From Octopus sinensis (lineage: Eukaryota), in contig NC_043008.1 in NCBI RefSeq assembly GCF_006345805.1, positions 55,366,001 through 55,430,000 of the forward strand: a stretch of 64,000 nucleotides of DNA. Direction: 5' to 3'. Every line of letters begins with the position of its first letter. The first letter of the stretch is position 1. The translations under genes were made by a program, and so were the position numbers. The notes under the pieces are model-generated. The model was not told the DNA's origin. It worked only from the letters and a program-made list of their open reading frames with translations, and did not search any database. Below are positions 24,964 through 39,019 of the stretch, piece by piece.

Positions 24964-26104
24964 TTAAGAGAATACAAACAATTGCATGTATATGAGACTG
25001 GATCAGGTGATAATAGTAGGTGACAGAAAAGGATTCTGACTGTTAAATGCTACCTTCAAATAACTGTTCATCCAATGCATGCTAGCATGGAAAATGGACA
25101 TAAAATAAACAAATGATTGAACAAACTAGATGTCTAACATTCTGGACAGAATCTTAAGTAAAATTCCTAGATTAGCCATATCATTTCACCAATTTGACTT
25201 CAGTGATTCCAAATAGTAGTCATCATCATCATCATCATAACATTCACTTTTCTGTGCTTGCAGGAGTCAGATGGAATTTGTAAAGGCAAATCTTCTACAG
25301 CTGGTTGCCCTTCCTGTCACCAACCCTCATCCATTTCCATGCAAGATAATATTTTCCAGTGACTGAACAGGTTTCCGTGGAAGACTGGAAACAAACAACA
25401 CCACTTGCATGATGGTGGCACTCGTTTACAACTATCACGTAAATTGAAGTCAAGGAGATGGTAACACACGCACAGCACATATATTTATATATGTGTACGT
25501 ATATGGGGACTGAAAGAAGCCCAGTGTATGTTTGCACATATATCATGGTAACATCACAGTATTGACCAGACAATTGGAAGTTGTTATACACCGCTAGTCA
25601 CAATGCACTTTGTTTTAGCTTTCAAATGATACCACCCCTCTGGCTTGGCAAGCCAACCAACATTTTGCAGATCAGAAAGCTGACGTATAAAGTCGTTGGC
25701 ATTAAGAAGTACATCAAGCTATAGAAACCATGCCGAAGCTGACATAGAGCATGATGCGTCTTTGTTGCTCACCAGATCCAGTCACACAGTCCGACCCATG
25801 CCGACATGGAAAACAGATGTTAAATAATGATGATGATGGTTGAAGAGTTTGGTAAAGACAGTAGCCTGCTCAATAAAACAGCATTCAAAGGCAACAAGAG
25901 ATTGAACCATGTAGTACAAGGAACAGAACATCATTGCTAGTACATTTTTAAGAAGCTACCAAAAGAGAAATCTATTTTCTGGTTCAGAAATACAATAATG
26001 CTACAAAGCACATCAGGCTTTTAATTTTTTGCTTTATTTTTTTCCCTACACCACATTTGTACCCCCCACCACCAATCTGTCCATGCATTAGACACATATT
26101 CATC

Positions 26105-26460
26105 ACCAACCACATGGTTCCGGGTTCAGTCCCGCTGCATGGCACCTTGGGCATATGTCTTCTACTATAGCCTCGGGCCGACCAAAGCCTTGTGAGTGCA
26201 TTTGGTAGATGGAAACTGAAAGAAGCCCATCGTATATATGTATGTGTGTGTATATGTTTGTGTGTTTGTGTTTGTCCCCCCAACATCGCTTGACAACCAA
26301 TGCTGGTGTGTTTACATCCCCGTAACTTAGCGGCTTGGCAAAAGAGACCGATAGAATAAGTACTAGGCTTACAAAGAATATGTCCTAGGGTCGATTTGCT
26401 CAACTAAAGGTGGTGTTCCAGCATGGCCACAGTCAAATGACTGAAACAAGTAAAAGAGTA
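26105..26460 (+). mobile_element. SINE family A (5'-truncated)
   Basis: Close match to the consensus from ccaaccacatggttccggg to gtaaaagag. Confidence 0.88.
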
Positions 26461-27486
26461 AAACTCTTCCTGATACACACACATACACATATAAATAGAC
26501 AGACAAACGCAGATATATACATACATACAAGTATGTATAGAGAGACAGACAGAGATATATATACAGATGTGTACACACACACATAAAAGCTGCTGCTAGA
26601 ATGATGTCATCACAGAATGTGTCAGGTAACAAATTCTGAAACATCTTATTTTAATAAAGATTGAATAACGCTCATATTACAAAGTAACAATTTTATTTCA
26701 ATATGGAGAGGAAAGGAAGGAGAGAGAGAGCAAGAAAGAGAGAGCGCATAAAATCTACTTTAAATCTATTTCCATATCGAAATTGATGTAATGATATTAC
26801 AATATTATGAATAATATATATATTGCTCTAACTAATGGGCTTCGCAATGGTTTTACGGAATCTACAAGATCTAGTTTATAAATATTTTAGCCATATATAG
26901 AACAGCCATAATTAGATAGGTAAGGGCAGGGAGACACACACATATTTCTCGTTATCTTCAACATCTAATGTTCGCTTTTTCATGCTTGCATGGGTTGCAC
27001 GGAATTTAATGAAACAGATTTTCTATGGCTGGATGCCCTTCCTGTTGCCAACCCTCAACTGTTTCCAGGCAAGATATTTTCTTCTCAGCTGGACAGATTT
27101 TCTCATGGCAGACTCACAACAGCATCACATGATGTCTAATTGACAATGTACTTACTGCTCTGTCTTACTACATGATTTTGCCTCATATACATACACTTTC
27201 TGATAACTAATAGACATACAGTTAACAGTTCATATTCTTGGATCATCTTTTGATGCTGTTCCACTGAGACATGACCAATCAATTTGAGAGTGTGTGAATG
27301 CAAGTGAATGTTTATATGCCTCATCTTTATATGAAAACAATCAGGTCGAGTATGGGAACATGCACTGTTGCAGCACACCACTGCATTCACTATTTTTTCA
27401 GTATTTGCTTTCATCATCCCGGATAACCCTCTGATCAGTGTCCCAGTTAATTCCTATCTCTGTGAGATACTTCCTCATATGACTTG

Positions 27487-27792
27487 TTTGTTCCTTCTCG
27501 AGCCATGCCTGGCTCATTAGGGCCGGTTTCCCGGTTTCCTTGGCGTATAGGTTTCCCACCTGGACGGGACGCCAGTCCGTTGCAGGTGAGCTGCAAGATG
27601 CAGGAGGAAAGAGTGAGAGAAAGTTGTGGCGAAAGAGTCAGCAGATGTTCGCCATTACCTTCTGCCGGAGCAGCGTGGAGCTTAGGTGTTTCGCTCATAA
27701 ACACACACACATCGCCCGGTCTGAGTTTCAAACCCGTGATCCCTCGACCGCAAGTCCGCTGCTCTAACCACTAGGCCATGTGCCTCCACAAA
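27487..27792 (-). mobile_element. tRNA-derived (Arg-like head) SINE with perfect 11-bp TSD
   Basis: Head ggcacatggcctagtggttagagcagcggacttgcggtcgagggatcacgggtttgaaac contains A- and B-box-like motifs; TSD CATATGACTTG at 27476-27486 and 27793-27803; near-identical to 62591-62884. Confidence 0.9.
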
Positions 27793-28649
27793 CATATGAC
27801 TTGACCATGTGACATCCAGCATTTTTCAGTATCTGCTTCGGTCATCCTGGATAACCCTCTGATCAGTGTTGCACTCAGTTCCCATCTGGCTTGACCATGT
27901 GGCTGACCAACACAAGCTATCTCTGCAGCCAGATCTTCAGAGAAGAGGATATGATATTCAGGATCCAACTCAGAAAATCAAGTAACATAACCAAACAGTT
28001 TGAGTTGACACTCCTGAATTATATGACAGGACATATCCTAGTTTTTCAATTAAATGTTATATTATATTTAGGTTTTTCAATCTGGTTTAGCAATCATGTC
28101 CAAGCCCAAACTGGAGCACTGCCGCCATAGCAACACATTTATTGTGGATATACAGTACGGTTAACATTGCTGTTTAGCTCAAGGTAACCCTGATTAAATA
28201 GCCCTGTAATAAAAGGCTTGACCATCCTGTCTTATTAGGGGTGTGTAAGACTACAATCATGTAATGTGCCCTTCATCACTTATTTAAAACAGTAGAGCAC
28301 AATTTGAAGGGGATTTGGCTGCTATCTCTAAGGCCTTTGACAATAAAGTGTTTTGGCCAAAAGCGATCAGGATTTGAACTCACAATATAAAGAACTGGAA
28401 GAAATGCCAATCAGCATTTTTTCCAATGCATTTAACGATTTTGTCAGCTTGCCATCTTAATAACAACAATAATGAATGGATTTATTGATCCATAATATAT
28501 AAATCTGTATACCATCATAAACAAGTTTATATCTATTTTTCTCCAATAGTAAAAGTACATGCACATGCATCTGTGTATGCACAAGTAGGTGTTAGTACCA
28601 CAATACGGATACAATGAGTTGTGTTATGGTAAAGGCACCTTCTTAAGTA

Positions 28650-28877
28650 ATTCCAGCTCATAAGGGCCAGTTTCCTGGTTTCGTGGGGTATAAATTCCCC
28701 ACCTGGACAAAACACCAGTCTGTCACAGGATTACACATTTTTGACAGCTGAGTCAACTGGAACAAGGTGAAATGAAGTGTTTTGCTCTAGAACACAACCT
28801 GTTGCCTGGTCCAGGAATTGAAACCACAATCTTACGACCATGAGTTCAACACCTTAACCACTAAGCCACACACCTCA
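28650..28877 (-). mobile_element. tRNA-headed SINE family F
   Basis: Second copy at ~55855-56068 shares gaaatgaagtgttttgctc...cctggtccaggaattgaa. Confidence 0.7.
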
Positions 28878-29020
28878 CTCGCTGTATTATGATTCAAATC
28901 TGCATCGAGTTTACATATGCTACCTACTGTAATCAAATGAAGCACTGCAATAGATAGCATACGTAAATTAATGCACATGTGGTGTAGGTGTACATGAATA
29001 CACACACACTCTCACTCAAG

Positions 29021-29449
29021 CTCTAAAGTTTCTTGTTTCTTTACTGCCAACAAGGGACTACACACACGGGACTAACAAGGACAGACAAATGGATTAAGTT
29101 GATTATATCAATCTCAGTGTATAACCGGTACTTATTTAATCGACCCTGAAAGGATGAAAGGCAAAGTCGACCTTGGCGGAATTTGAACTCAGAATGTAGC
29201 GGCAGATGAAATACCTATTTCTTTACTACCCACAAGGGACTACACACAGAGGGGACAAACAAGGACAGACAAACGGATTAAGTTGATTATATATCGATCC
29301 CAGTGCGTAACTGGTACTTATTTAATTGACCCCGAAAGGATGAAAGGCAAAGTCGACCTCGACGGAATTTGAACTCGGAACATGGCGGCAAACAAAATAC
29401 CACAAAGCATTTCACCTGGCGTGCTAATGATTCTGCCAGCTCACCACCT
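29021..29449 (-). mobile_element. SINE family B, multimeric (one head plus two or more body units)
   Basis: Repeated gaaaggatgaaaggcaaagtcgacc...aatttgaactc and ggacagacaaacggattaag units; head ccagctcaccacctt at the right end. Confidence 0.85.
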
Positions 29450-31049
29450 TAACTCCAAAGTTTCTGCATGACAAGACCTTGTCTTTATTACTATGATGGG
29501 TCTCCAGCATTGCCACTTAACATTCAATTGCCCAGTTAACTAATTCTGATGTGATGCTGTAGTAAACCTATTGTTATGCAATGATGTAACTTACTTGTTA
29601 TACATTTGTTGTGAGATACTCAGTTACCACCTTACTCACTTATTTAAAACAGCAGAGCACAATTTGAAGGAGATTTGGCTGCCATCTCTAGCACATCGAA
29701 CAACCACTTACAGGATCCCATTTTGACAATAAAAAACAAAATGAAAACTACACAACCCTTGAGTACTTGGGGTTAGAATTTGGTGAACTTGGCCTTTGAC
29801 AGTAAAGTGCCTTGGCCAAAAACAGTGTTAACATAGCTATTTTGTGACTCCCAGTTACTTCTGTATGCAATTAACCCAGCAATTCCGTGACCCAGTCACT
29901 AGTGTACTCAGCTGACCTAGATTTTGCGATGCCCAGCTTCTCTAGCAAACATCAAAATAACTTGAAAATGACAGACAGACAGGAACAAGGTGGACAAGTG
30001 GACACAATGCTGCGTTACTAACAGCAACTTAACCACCACCAACTCTAATAATAATTTTGTAAGAAAACACAATGCCAGAAATTAGAGAGGAAGGACCAAT
30101 CATCATAATTGTCATCATTTTGCATCCATTTTCCATACTGGCATGGGTTGGACATAGATTGGGCATGGGATTGGATAGGGGTCAGGCATGTCAACAGGAA
30201 TCAATAAGGTGGAGGATTGTATCATGTTCTAATGTCTCTGTTTTGGCATGGTTTCTACAGTTGGTTGCCCTTCCTAATGCCAGCTACTTTATGGAGTGTA
30301 CTGGGGGGGGCCTTTTCTTCATGAGATCAGCACTAATGAGGTTGCCTCACCAGTTGGAAAACCTAGAGAGCCTACAGAGTACCCCTGGCTGATAGAAGAT
30401 TAAGAAAGAAAGCGATGATTTTAAGCAAGATGACAAGAGAGGATAAAGTATGAGACAAACAGATTCATAGCTATGAAAGAGCAGTAATGGAAGAGATTAA
30501 CAGAGTGGACACTACTGTGCACAATGAGACAAAAGGGCACAGCATTTTAGACACTGACAATTTGGCATGGCTGAATGGACACAAAACCAATTTTGGCTCT
30601 GGAATTAAACACACGTGTTCAGAAATGTACACATAGAGATGGGGAGAGAGAGAGAGAGAGATATTACAATTTATTGATTGAACACTTTCCTTCTCCTCAT
30701 ACACATAAAGGGAATATATTCTAGAGAGAGAGAGAGACAGACAGACAGGCAGGCAGGCAGGCAGAGGCGGGAAAGACAGACAGAAATATTAAAATGAGAT
30801 TAACATTAAGACATCTAACCCAATAAATTATCTTTTATTTATAATATTCACATATTTATTTTGTATAATTTAAAATTTTTAATCCGCCTATTGTAGAATG
30901 TCATCACCCCAACCCATGTTTTTATATAACTTTGTCCAACTCAAAATGCATTGTAAACTCTGTTGTCGCTAACATTCCATCACACTTTATTGTATCACTT
31001 CGAGCCCTTGAGGTTCATAAAGAAATCATCACTATCGTTGTTGTTAGAC

Positions 31050-32310
31050 GAGCTGGCAGAATCACTAGCACACTGCACAAAATACTGAGCTACAGTTCTG
31101 CCAATTCCTTACAGTCTGATTTCAAATTTTGCCAAGGCTGACTTTACCTTTCATCCTTTCAGGGCCAACAAAATAAGTAGCCATTGAGCACTGAAGTTGA
31201 TGCAATCAACTAACCCTTACTCCCAGCAAATTTCAGGCCTTGTGCCTAGAGTAGAAAGGATTATTAATATTATTATTATTATTAGCTAATGTTGATGAGC
31301 CAACAGAGACAGTGTGTCAGATAAAATGTTTAGCAGCATTTCCTCTGACTCTTTACATTCTGGGTTCAAATTCCATCAAGGTTGACTTTGTCTTTCATAC
31401 TCTCAGGGTCAATAAAAATAAACACTAGTTGAGCACTGGGGCTGATGTAATCAACTTACTCCCTCCTGTAAAACAGCTGGCCTTGTGCCAAAATTTGAAA
31501 TTATTATTATTATTATTACTATTATTATTATGGATGAAAAGCTTTGCAGTATTTCGCCTGTTGCTATATTCTGAGTTCAAATTCCACCATAGTTGACTTT
31601 GCCTTTCATCCTTTTGAGGTCGATAAATTAAGTACCAGTGAAACACTGGGATTGACGTAATCGACTGGCCCTTCCCCCACAATTTCAGGCTTTGTGCCCA
31701 TAGTAGAAAGGATTGTTATTATTATTAAGGTGGCACACTGGCAGAAATGTTAACATGCCAGGCAAAGTGCTTAGCGGCATTTTATCCATCTCTACGTTCT
31801 GAGTTCAAATTCCGCCAAGGTTGACTATGCCTTAAGTACCAGTGAAACATTGGGGTTGATATAATCGACTAGTCCCCTCCCCCAAAATTTCAGGCTTTGT
31901 GCCTATAGAAGAAATTATTATTATTATTGAGTGAGAGAGCAGTGCATGCCATCAAAGTGACACTGGGGTAAAATATACAAAGCCCAGTATACCCATCATG
32001 ACTACCCATTTAATAAGGGTACACTAGGCACATGCATCACAACCATGTGTGTGACATGGTGATCTGATATCAAGATAAACAGCACATAGCCTTGCAGGTT
32101 GGGCTCAGTTAGAATTTTCGTCTGGTTGAGTAACCCATCCCACTCAAAAGGTCCCCAAATAAGGGTTAAGTTCAAGTTCCTCCAAAGTCAATTTTGCCCT
32201 TCATCCTTTCAGGGTTGATAAAATAAAGTACCAGTCAAATACCACGATTGTCTGTGTGACCCACTAACCCACTAACCTTAAAATTGCTGGCCTTGCATCT
32301 AAATTAAAAC
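31050..32310 (+). mobile_element. train of about five same-orientation short family-B SINEs separated by (ATT)n tails
   Basis: gagttcaaattcc...gactttgcctttcatcctt...aggccttgtgcc...attattatt recurs at ~31050, 31310, 31540, 31730 and 32160. Confidence 0.8.
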
Positions 32311-33137
32311 AATTATTATAATTATTATTATGATCATTTTCATCATCCTTAATATTATCATACCAACAGTAAAATGTAAAAGATTTATCTGCTTCTGGGA
32401 ATGAAGGAAACCAGAGTACAAGATCAAAGTCTATGATTCTGGCAGAATAAAACTGGTGGAACAGACATCAGATATATTGCAGATAGATACTTATAAATTG
32501 ATGAAATTGTTTTGTTTTGTTTCACTTGCCTTTTTGTTTAACATTTTGCTTTAATTTAGAAAGTTCCCCCCATCCACCCAACCCCGTTAGCGGCGGTTGC
32601 TCGTGTCAGTTCTGCAGTTTAATTGCAATCCAATATGAATGGGATTAATTCCATATCTAGTGTAGCCTACATATGGATTAAACACAATACAAGCAAGCAA
32701 TTTTTATGCAATAACAAACTGGTTAGGTTTCTTATCAATATCTCCCCCCCACCCCCACCTACTCATACGTTCAGATGTGAAACAGCTGTAAATATTGAAG
32801 TAATTATTGTTGGTCGTAACACCGACAGTGATGGTAGTGTTGATATTGTTGTTTATCCCCAGATTAGCTCTGATCAAGCAGACCTGTGATCAAAAACATT
32901 CCAGCAGAGATCATCCTATATATTTGTTCGGGGTTTTACCCCCATCCACCACTCCAGGCATAATTAATAAGCCCTCGACTGCATTATCTATCATATCATA
33001 TATCTGGTGGATGATAGAAAGCGATGTGAGTTTTTGTCTACCATTTCTAGCATGTCAAGTCAATGCAAAGAGGTTCTGTTGTTGACTTATTCCTACTGGG
33101 CCAATTTATAGTGATTTTTATCTTCTCTTCACACCTA

Positions 33138-33460
33138 TCATCATCATCATCATTTAACGTCCGTTTCCCGTGTTTGCACGGGTTGGGTGGTTCGACTGGG
33201 GCCTGGGAAACCAGGAGGCTGCACCAGGCTCCAGTCTGATCTGGCAGTGTTTCTACAGGTGGATGCCCTTCCTAATGCCAACCGCTCCGTGAGTGTAGTG
33301 GGTGCTTTTTACGTGCCACTGGCACAGGTGCCAGGGGAGGCTGGCAGTGACCACGATTGGTTGGTGCTTTTTACGTACCACCGACACAGAAGCCAGTCAA
33401 GGCGGCGCTGGCATCGTCCACATTTGGATGGTGCTTTTTATGTGCCACTGGCACAGGTAT
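33138..33460 (-). mobile_element. retroposon family C
   Basis: (cat)n tail, RTE-like core and three tandem units. Confidence 0.85.
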
Positions 33461-34179
33461 CAAAACTACAATTTCCATTTGATATTTATTTTGATGTTGA
33501 TGTACTTGACTCAAAAAAGTATGGATTTCATCAGTAACAAAGTGTTCTTCCAAATGTCCATGGAGACACTGCTTACAAAAAACTATTACAAGCTATCAAC
33601 AATATATTATGTACACAAATTGGTCTAACCAATTTAATTTATCCCTTTATAATAGTGGATTTAAAAGCAGTGTTTCCATAGTCCATAGACAAAGAAGTAG
33701 TTAGTGGGTGAGGAAATCCCAACACAGGACTGAAACTAAACCACCTGATCACTCTTCACCTGTACATACAGCTGTTTATATAAAGGCAAGGTGTTTACAT
33801 GTCTGTAAATGCAACAGTAGCTAAAATATATTTATATATATATAGTATGTATGTATGTATGTATGTATGTATTACATAGACATATACACATATATGCATA
33901 CATATAAAAATATACATAAAATACACACAGATGAATGAAACACTTGAAAAACTAAGCCGAAGAAGTCTCCATGTGGATAATCAACTAGCTAGAAATAGCA
34001 GTCATCTTAAGGGAAAAGAGTTCATTGGGTATGGGAATGCCAGACTGGCCTATTAGAAATAGTAACCAAATCTCCCTCAAATTGCACTCTAATATTTTTT
34101 TTTTGAATAGGATATATCAGATAATCTATCCTATTGTAAGAAATAACAAATCATATTTTACCATCTTTTAAAATAATAT

Positions 34180-34730
34180 AGGACACACTAGATAATGTAG
34201 TCCTAGATACACTATGACCTGCAAAGACAGCAACTAAATTTCTCTTAAATCGCACCCAACACATGAAGTAATATAGGGTGTCTATGAATTATCTTTATGA
34301 CTTCCATACTTTTAAACTCAATATTGTAAAGGGACTTTATGGACACCCTGTGTAGTCCTACATACACAATGACCTGCAAAGCACAGCAACCAAATTTCTC
34401 TCAAATCATAGACAGCACATTAAATAATGTAATCCTAGGTATATTATGACCTGCAAAAACACATTGACCATATTGCCCTTAAATCAGACAGCACATTAAA
34501 TAATGTAATCCTAGGTACATTATGACCTGCAAAAACACAGTGACCGTATTGCTTTTAAATCAGACAGCACATTAAATGATATAGCCCTAGATACACTATG
34601 ACCTGCAAAACACAGACTGCACATTAAATGGATACATTATGACCTGCAAGAACATGGCAACAAAATTTCTCTCAAACCACAGCCAAACACATTACATAAT
34701 ATAGTCCTAGGTACATTATGTCCATAAAAA
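34180..34730 (+). repeat. degenerate ~76-bp minisatellite array with a small mariner-like MITE inserted (~34274-34351)
   Basis: atgacctgcaaa anchor at about 34214, 34369, 34446, 34522, 34598 and 34639. Confidence 0.85.
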
Positions 34731-35099
34731 AGACAACATGATCACAGCTTATGCTCATTCAGGGCTGGCCTGGGGCCCGACAACAACAACAACAAAGACT
34801 TGGCAGGAATCAAACATTTTTCTTCCTTCTTTTCTAAGAAACCAAAAGGCAAAGAAAAATGAAAAACAAACGAATGAATTTTCACAGGAAGAATATTAAA
34901 TATGAAATCCCTCGGTTTATTTTGTCAGTGGAAAACAGCCTGGAGGAATTTTCCTTTATAACGATCATCGTTTGGTATTTACATTCCTGTCTAAAAAAAA
35001 TGTGAATACAGGAAGATAATAGCAGTGATGGGCAGACAGAGAAAGAGTAGCATTCAAATACATCTGTTGCAAAACACTCAGTTAAAATCAAGTGAGCAC

Positions 35100-35157
35100 A
35101 TAAGTATATATGAGTGTGTGTGTGTCTGTGTGTTAATGTGTGTGCGCATGTGTTTAT

Positions 35158-35192
<35 letters not shown>

Positions 35193-35319
35193 ATATATAT
35201 ATATAATATATATATATATACATTTATGTAGGATTGTATGTTTGCATATTATTGTGTATGTATGAATGAGTGAGTGCAAGTGTGTGTTTGCATGTTAATA
35301 TGTGTGCACATGTGTCTAT

Positions 35320-35358
<39 letters not shown>

Positions 35359-35442
35359 CATTTATGTAGGATTGTACCTGTTTGCATATTATTGTGTGTG
35401 TGTATGATGAGTCAGTGCAAGTGTGTGTTTGTGTGACAGTAT

Positions 35443-35481
<39 letters not shown>

Positions 35482-35900
35482 TATATGTCAATATCAATAA
35501 GGTTGTATATATCTGCAGGTGACTGTACATGTATGTATATTTGCATGTATGTGTGGGTGGGTGTGTATGTGCATGTGCACCTGTGCTTATGCACCAGCGC
35601 TTGTGTCTTGACGTGCCTAAGTGTAGATATTGCATATTGGTGTTCTTCAATTTTTGGTAAATTTGTAAATTCTTCATGTGCATGTATGTTTGTATCTGCT
35701 TGCAACATGCACGTATTCAAGTGCAAATGTGCATACATATGCATAAAAGTGTGTGTGTGGGTGTTTGTATACATGTGCATGTATGTATGCGAGAGTATCA
35801 TACATGTATGTAGTTGTATGTGTGTGAATGTTAAAAGTGTCAACATATGTAGAGAGGAGAAGTGTAGGTGTAGAGAGAGAGAGAGAGAGAGCGAATAAAG
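35100..35900. repeat. (GT)/(AT)/(GA) compound microsatellite field with a diverged ~140-bp duplication
   Basis: catttatgtaggattgta..tttgcatattattgtgt occurs twice (~35220 and ~35360). Confidence 0.85.
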
Positions 35901-36086
35901 GAGAAAACTAAAGGAATACAGAATTTTGGATTGAATGGCAAAGAAAAGAAGAATGAACGAAGTGGATGAGGTGGGAGTTATGAGCAGGGAAAATAAAGGT
36001 TACAGCATTATTGGTGTTCCATAAATAGAAACATATGACGAAGAGAAAGAGAGTAATGAGGTGAGAGGAAGCAAAGACAAATTATT

Positions 36087-36117
<31 letters not shown>

Positions 36118-36500
36118 TAATAATAATAATAATGATAATAATAATAATAATGAAATTTTGTAGGAGGGAGCTAGTTAATTACATCAACCCCAGTACATGA
36201 CTGGTACTTACTTTGTCGATCCCAAAATGATGAAAAGCAAAGACAACATCAGCATAATCATAATAAAGATGATGATGATGATTTCAAATTTTGGAGGAAA
36301 AGTCAATTACATCGGCCCCAATATTTAACTGGTATTTATTTTATCGAGCCACTGAAAAGATGCAAGCAAAGTCGATCCCGGCGGCATTTGAACTCAGAAG
36401 AATATAAAGATGGATGGAATACTGCTAAGCATTTTGCCCAGTGTGTTTAACAATTCGACCAGCTTGCTACTTCAATGCCAACTCACAATCATTATTATTA

Positions 36501-37050
36501 AAGCAGCGAGCTGGCAGAACTGTTAGCATGCTGGGCGAAATGCTTAGCGGCATTTTGTCTGCCGCAACATTCTGAGTTCAACTTTGCCTTTCATCCTTTC
36601 GGGGTCGATTAAATAAGTACCAGTTACGCACTGGGGTCGATATAATCGACTAAATCCGTTTGTCTGTCCTTGTTTGTCCTCTCTGTGTTTAGCCCCTTGT
36701 GGGTAGTAAAGAAATAGGTATTTTGTCTGCCGCAACATTCTGAGTTCAAATTCCTCCGAGGTTGATTTTGCCTTTCGTCCCTTTGGGGTCGATTAAATAA
36801 GTACCAGTCATGCACTGGGGAGATGAAATTGACTCATCCCCACCTCCCCAAGCTGCTCTTTTGGCAAAAATTTGAAATAATTATTATCGTTATTATTATT
36901 CTGCCGAGAGTGACTTTGCCTTTCATTCTTTCAAGGTTGATAAATTAAGTACCAGTGAAACACTGGGGTCGATGTAATCAACTAGTCAGTCCCCCACCAC
37001 AAAATTTCAGGCCTTGGGCCTATAGTGGAAAGGATTATTATTATTATTAT
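36501..37050 (+). mobile_element. family-B SINE cluster (multimeric and short copies)
   Basis: Head aagcagcgagctggcagaac followed by repeated body units. Confidence 0.8.
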
Positions 37051-39019
37051 GTTGATAATTAGGTTTCACAGTCGGCAGCCCTTCATGGGTTTTAGTTGAT
37101 TAAATCAAACCCAGTACATATGGTTTTTTTACATCTTGTACATATTCTACCTTTTTGCATATTCTTGCTGAACCACCAGATTACAAAGACATAAACAAAC
37201 CAACTCCAGTTGTTAAGAGATGAGATACAAAGAAATACACAATAATTTGTGTTTGTGTATATATACAATATACAAATGTATGTATCTAGGTTTTTATGTA
37301 GTCTTTGGTTTTGGCCGATCAGAAAGTTATCATTGGTTTCACATCTGTTAGTGCACTTAGCAATATAGGAGACTCATCTGACCTGCTGACCAATTAAAGA
37401 GGTTATGCTCCTCTGGCCAGTAAGTCTCCTGAATCCCCTATATTGCTCAAAGCAAAAATTGATGTGAAACCAATGGTAACTTTCTGACCAGTGAAGTCCA
37501 ACAACTACATAATATATTACGGCTCAAAATAGCATTTTTTTTTCAGACTTATGAACAACTGACCAATTGTGTGGGGGGAGGGTGTAGAAGAATGACTGAG
37601 GGGTTAGGAAACTTGCTTCCCAACCGTGTAATCTTGGGTTCCATCCTACTGCACAGCACGAGCACCTTGGGCAAGAGTTTTCTAATATAGCTTCAGGCTA
37701 CAGAGGAAGACACTTGCCCCAAGGTGCTGGTGAATTCAGTAGATGGAAACTGAAAGAAGCCTGTTATGTGCATGCATATGTACTTCATTTTCTTGACTCT
37801 GAAAGGAAGAAAGGCAAAATTGACCTCCGACTAGATGTGAACATTGCTTTTGACAATAGTTTTTACATCAGCACAAGGCCAGAAATTTTGGGAAACTGAA
37901 CCATCAGTTATATTAGCCCCAATATTTGATTGATACTTTGTGTAACTAAGAAGGCCAAGAAGCAAAACTGAGCTCAAAATTTGAACTCAGTTAAATAAAG
38001 AACCAGAAGAACTATGGCAAAGTATTTTGTCTGACGCTGAACATATGTGTATGGTCAGTCATTTGGGAGACTAAACCAACCTCCAGTATTTGGTTGGTGT
38101 TTATTTTAGCAACCAAGGGTCATCTAAAATTTGCTATCATCCAAGGCAATGGATTTGAACCCAAGATGTGAAGTGGCATAACTAAAGAGACAGTAAACTG
38201 GCAGGGTCATCAAAATGTTGGACAGAATTGTCATTTAACATGGATGATTCAAGAGAAACTGACAAGAGGGCTGCACCAAGCTCTACTTTGGCATTGTTTC
38301 TACAGCTGGACGGCCTTTAAAGTAAGGGCTGGCAACAAGAAGGGTATCCAACCATAGAAAATCTGCCTCAACAAAATTCATCTAACCCATGCAATCATGG
38401 AAAAGCGGACAACAAATAATGATTGTGATGATAGGGATAGTGATGGATGCCTTAGCCCCAAGTTGCTGCTGATTGAACAGAACTATGAGGAAAACTTTAC
38501 TATCTTGACCAGACCATTTTTTTTCTTTGACCCTTTTGTTCATCATATTTCTGCTGAAATATCCCGTTTTGCTTTCATTTTCATTTTGAAAGTAATGAAT
38601 TTAGTAAAATAGTGCATCTGTGAATAAGCTTAGCAACATTTAAGTTAAAATCTATCGAGGTCAACTTTGCCTTTCATGGTCAATATAATAAGGTACTACT
38701 CAAGTACAGGAAGTTAGATTATCAGCTAAACCACCCCAACCAAAAAAAAAAAATATATGATGGCCTTGTGCCAAAATTTGAAACAATTATTAAGTTGGTG
38801 TTTGGAACACAAATGTGAAATTTCAACAGGTTTTTATTTAGATCACTTTAAAAGAGGAACCCAGGTCAGACTCAAACAAGTTGGTAGTAAGGAGGTTAAA
38901 ACAGTCTTCAGGTGTACATCATTCATCATGTCCTTCCATTTTACAAGACAGTAATGTATAGCAAGAGGGAAATTTAGCAACTGTTTCTAGAAGGTCAAGC
39001 AAGTAACCACACTGTAACT

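Noticed and set aside
8540-33000. Many strong minus-strand polypyrimidine-AG sites followed by short peptides to a stop (e.g. ~8557, 9043, 18960, 20610, 22190, 32595)
   Set aside because: T-rich tracts are frequent on this strand, and any frame in AT-rich DNA reaches a stop quickly; no independent support.
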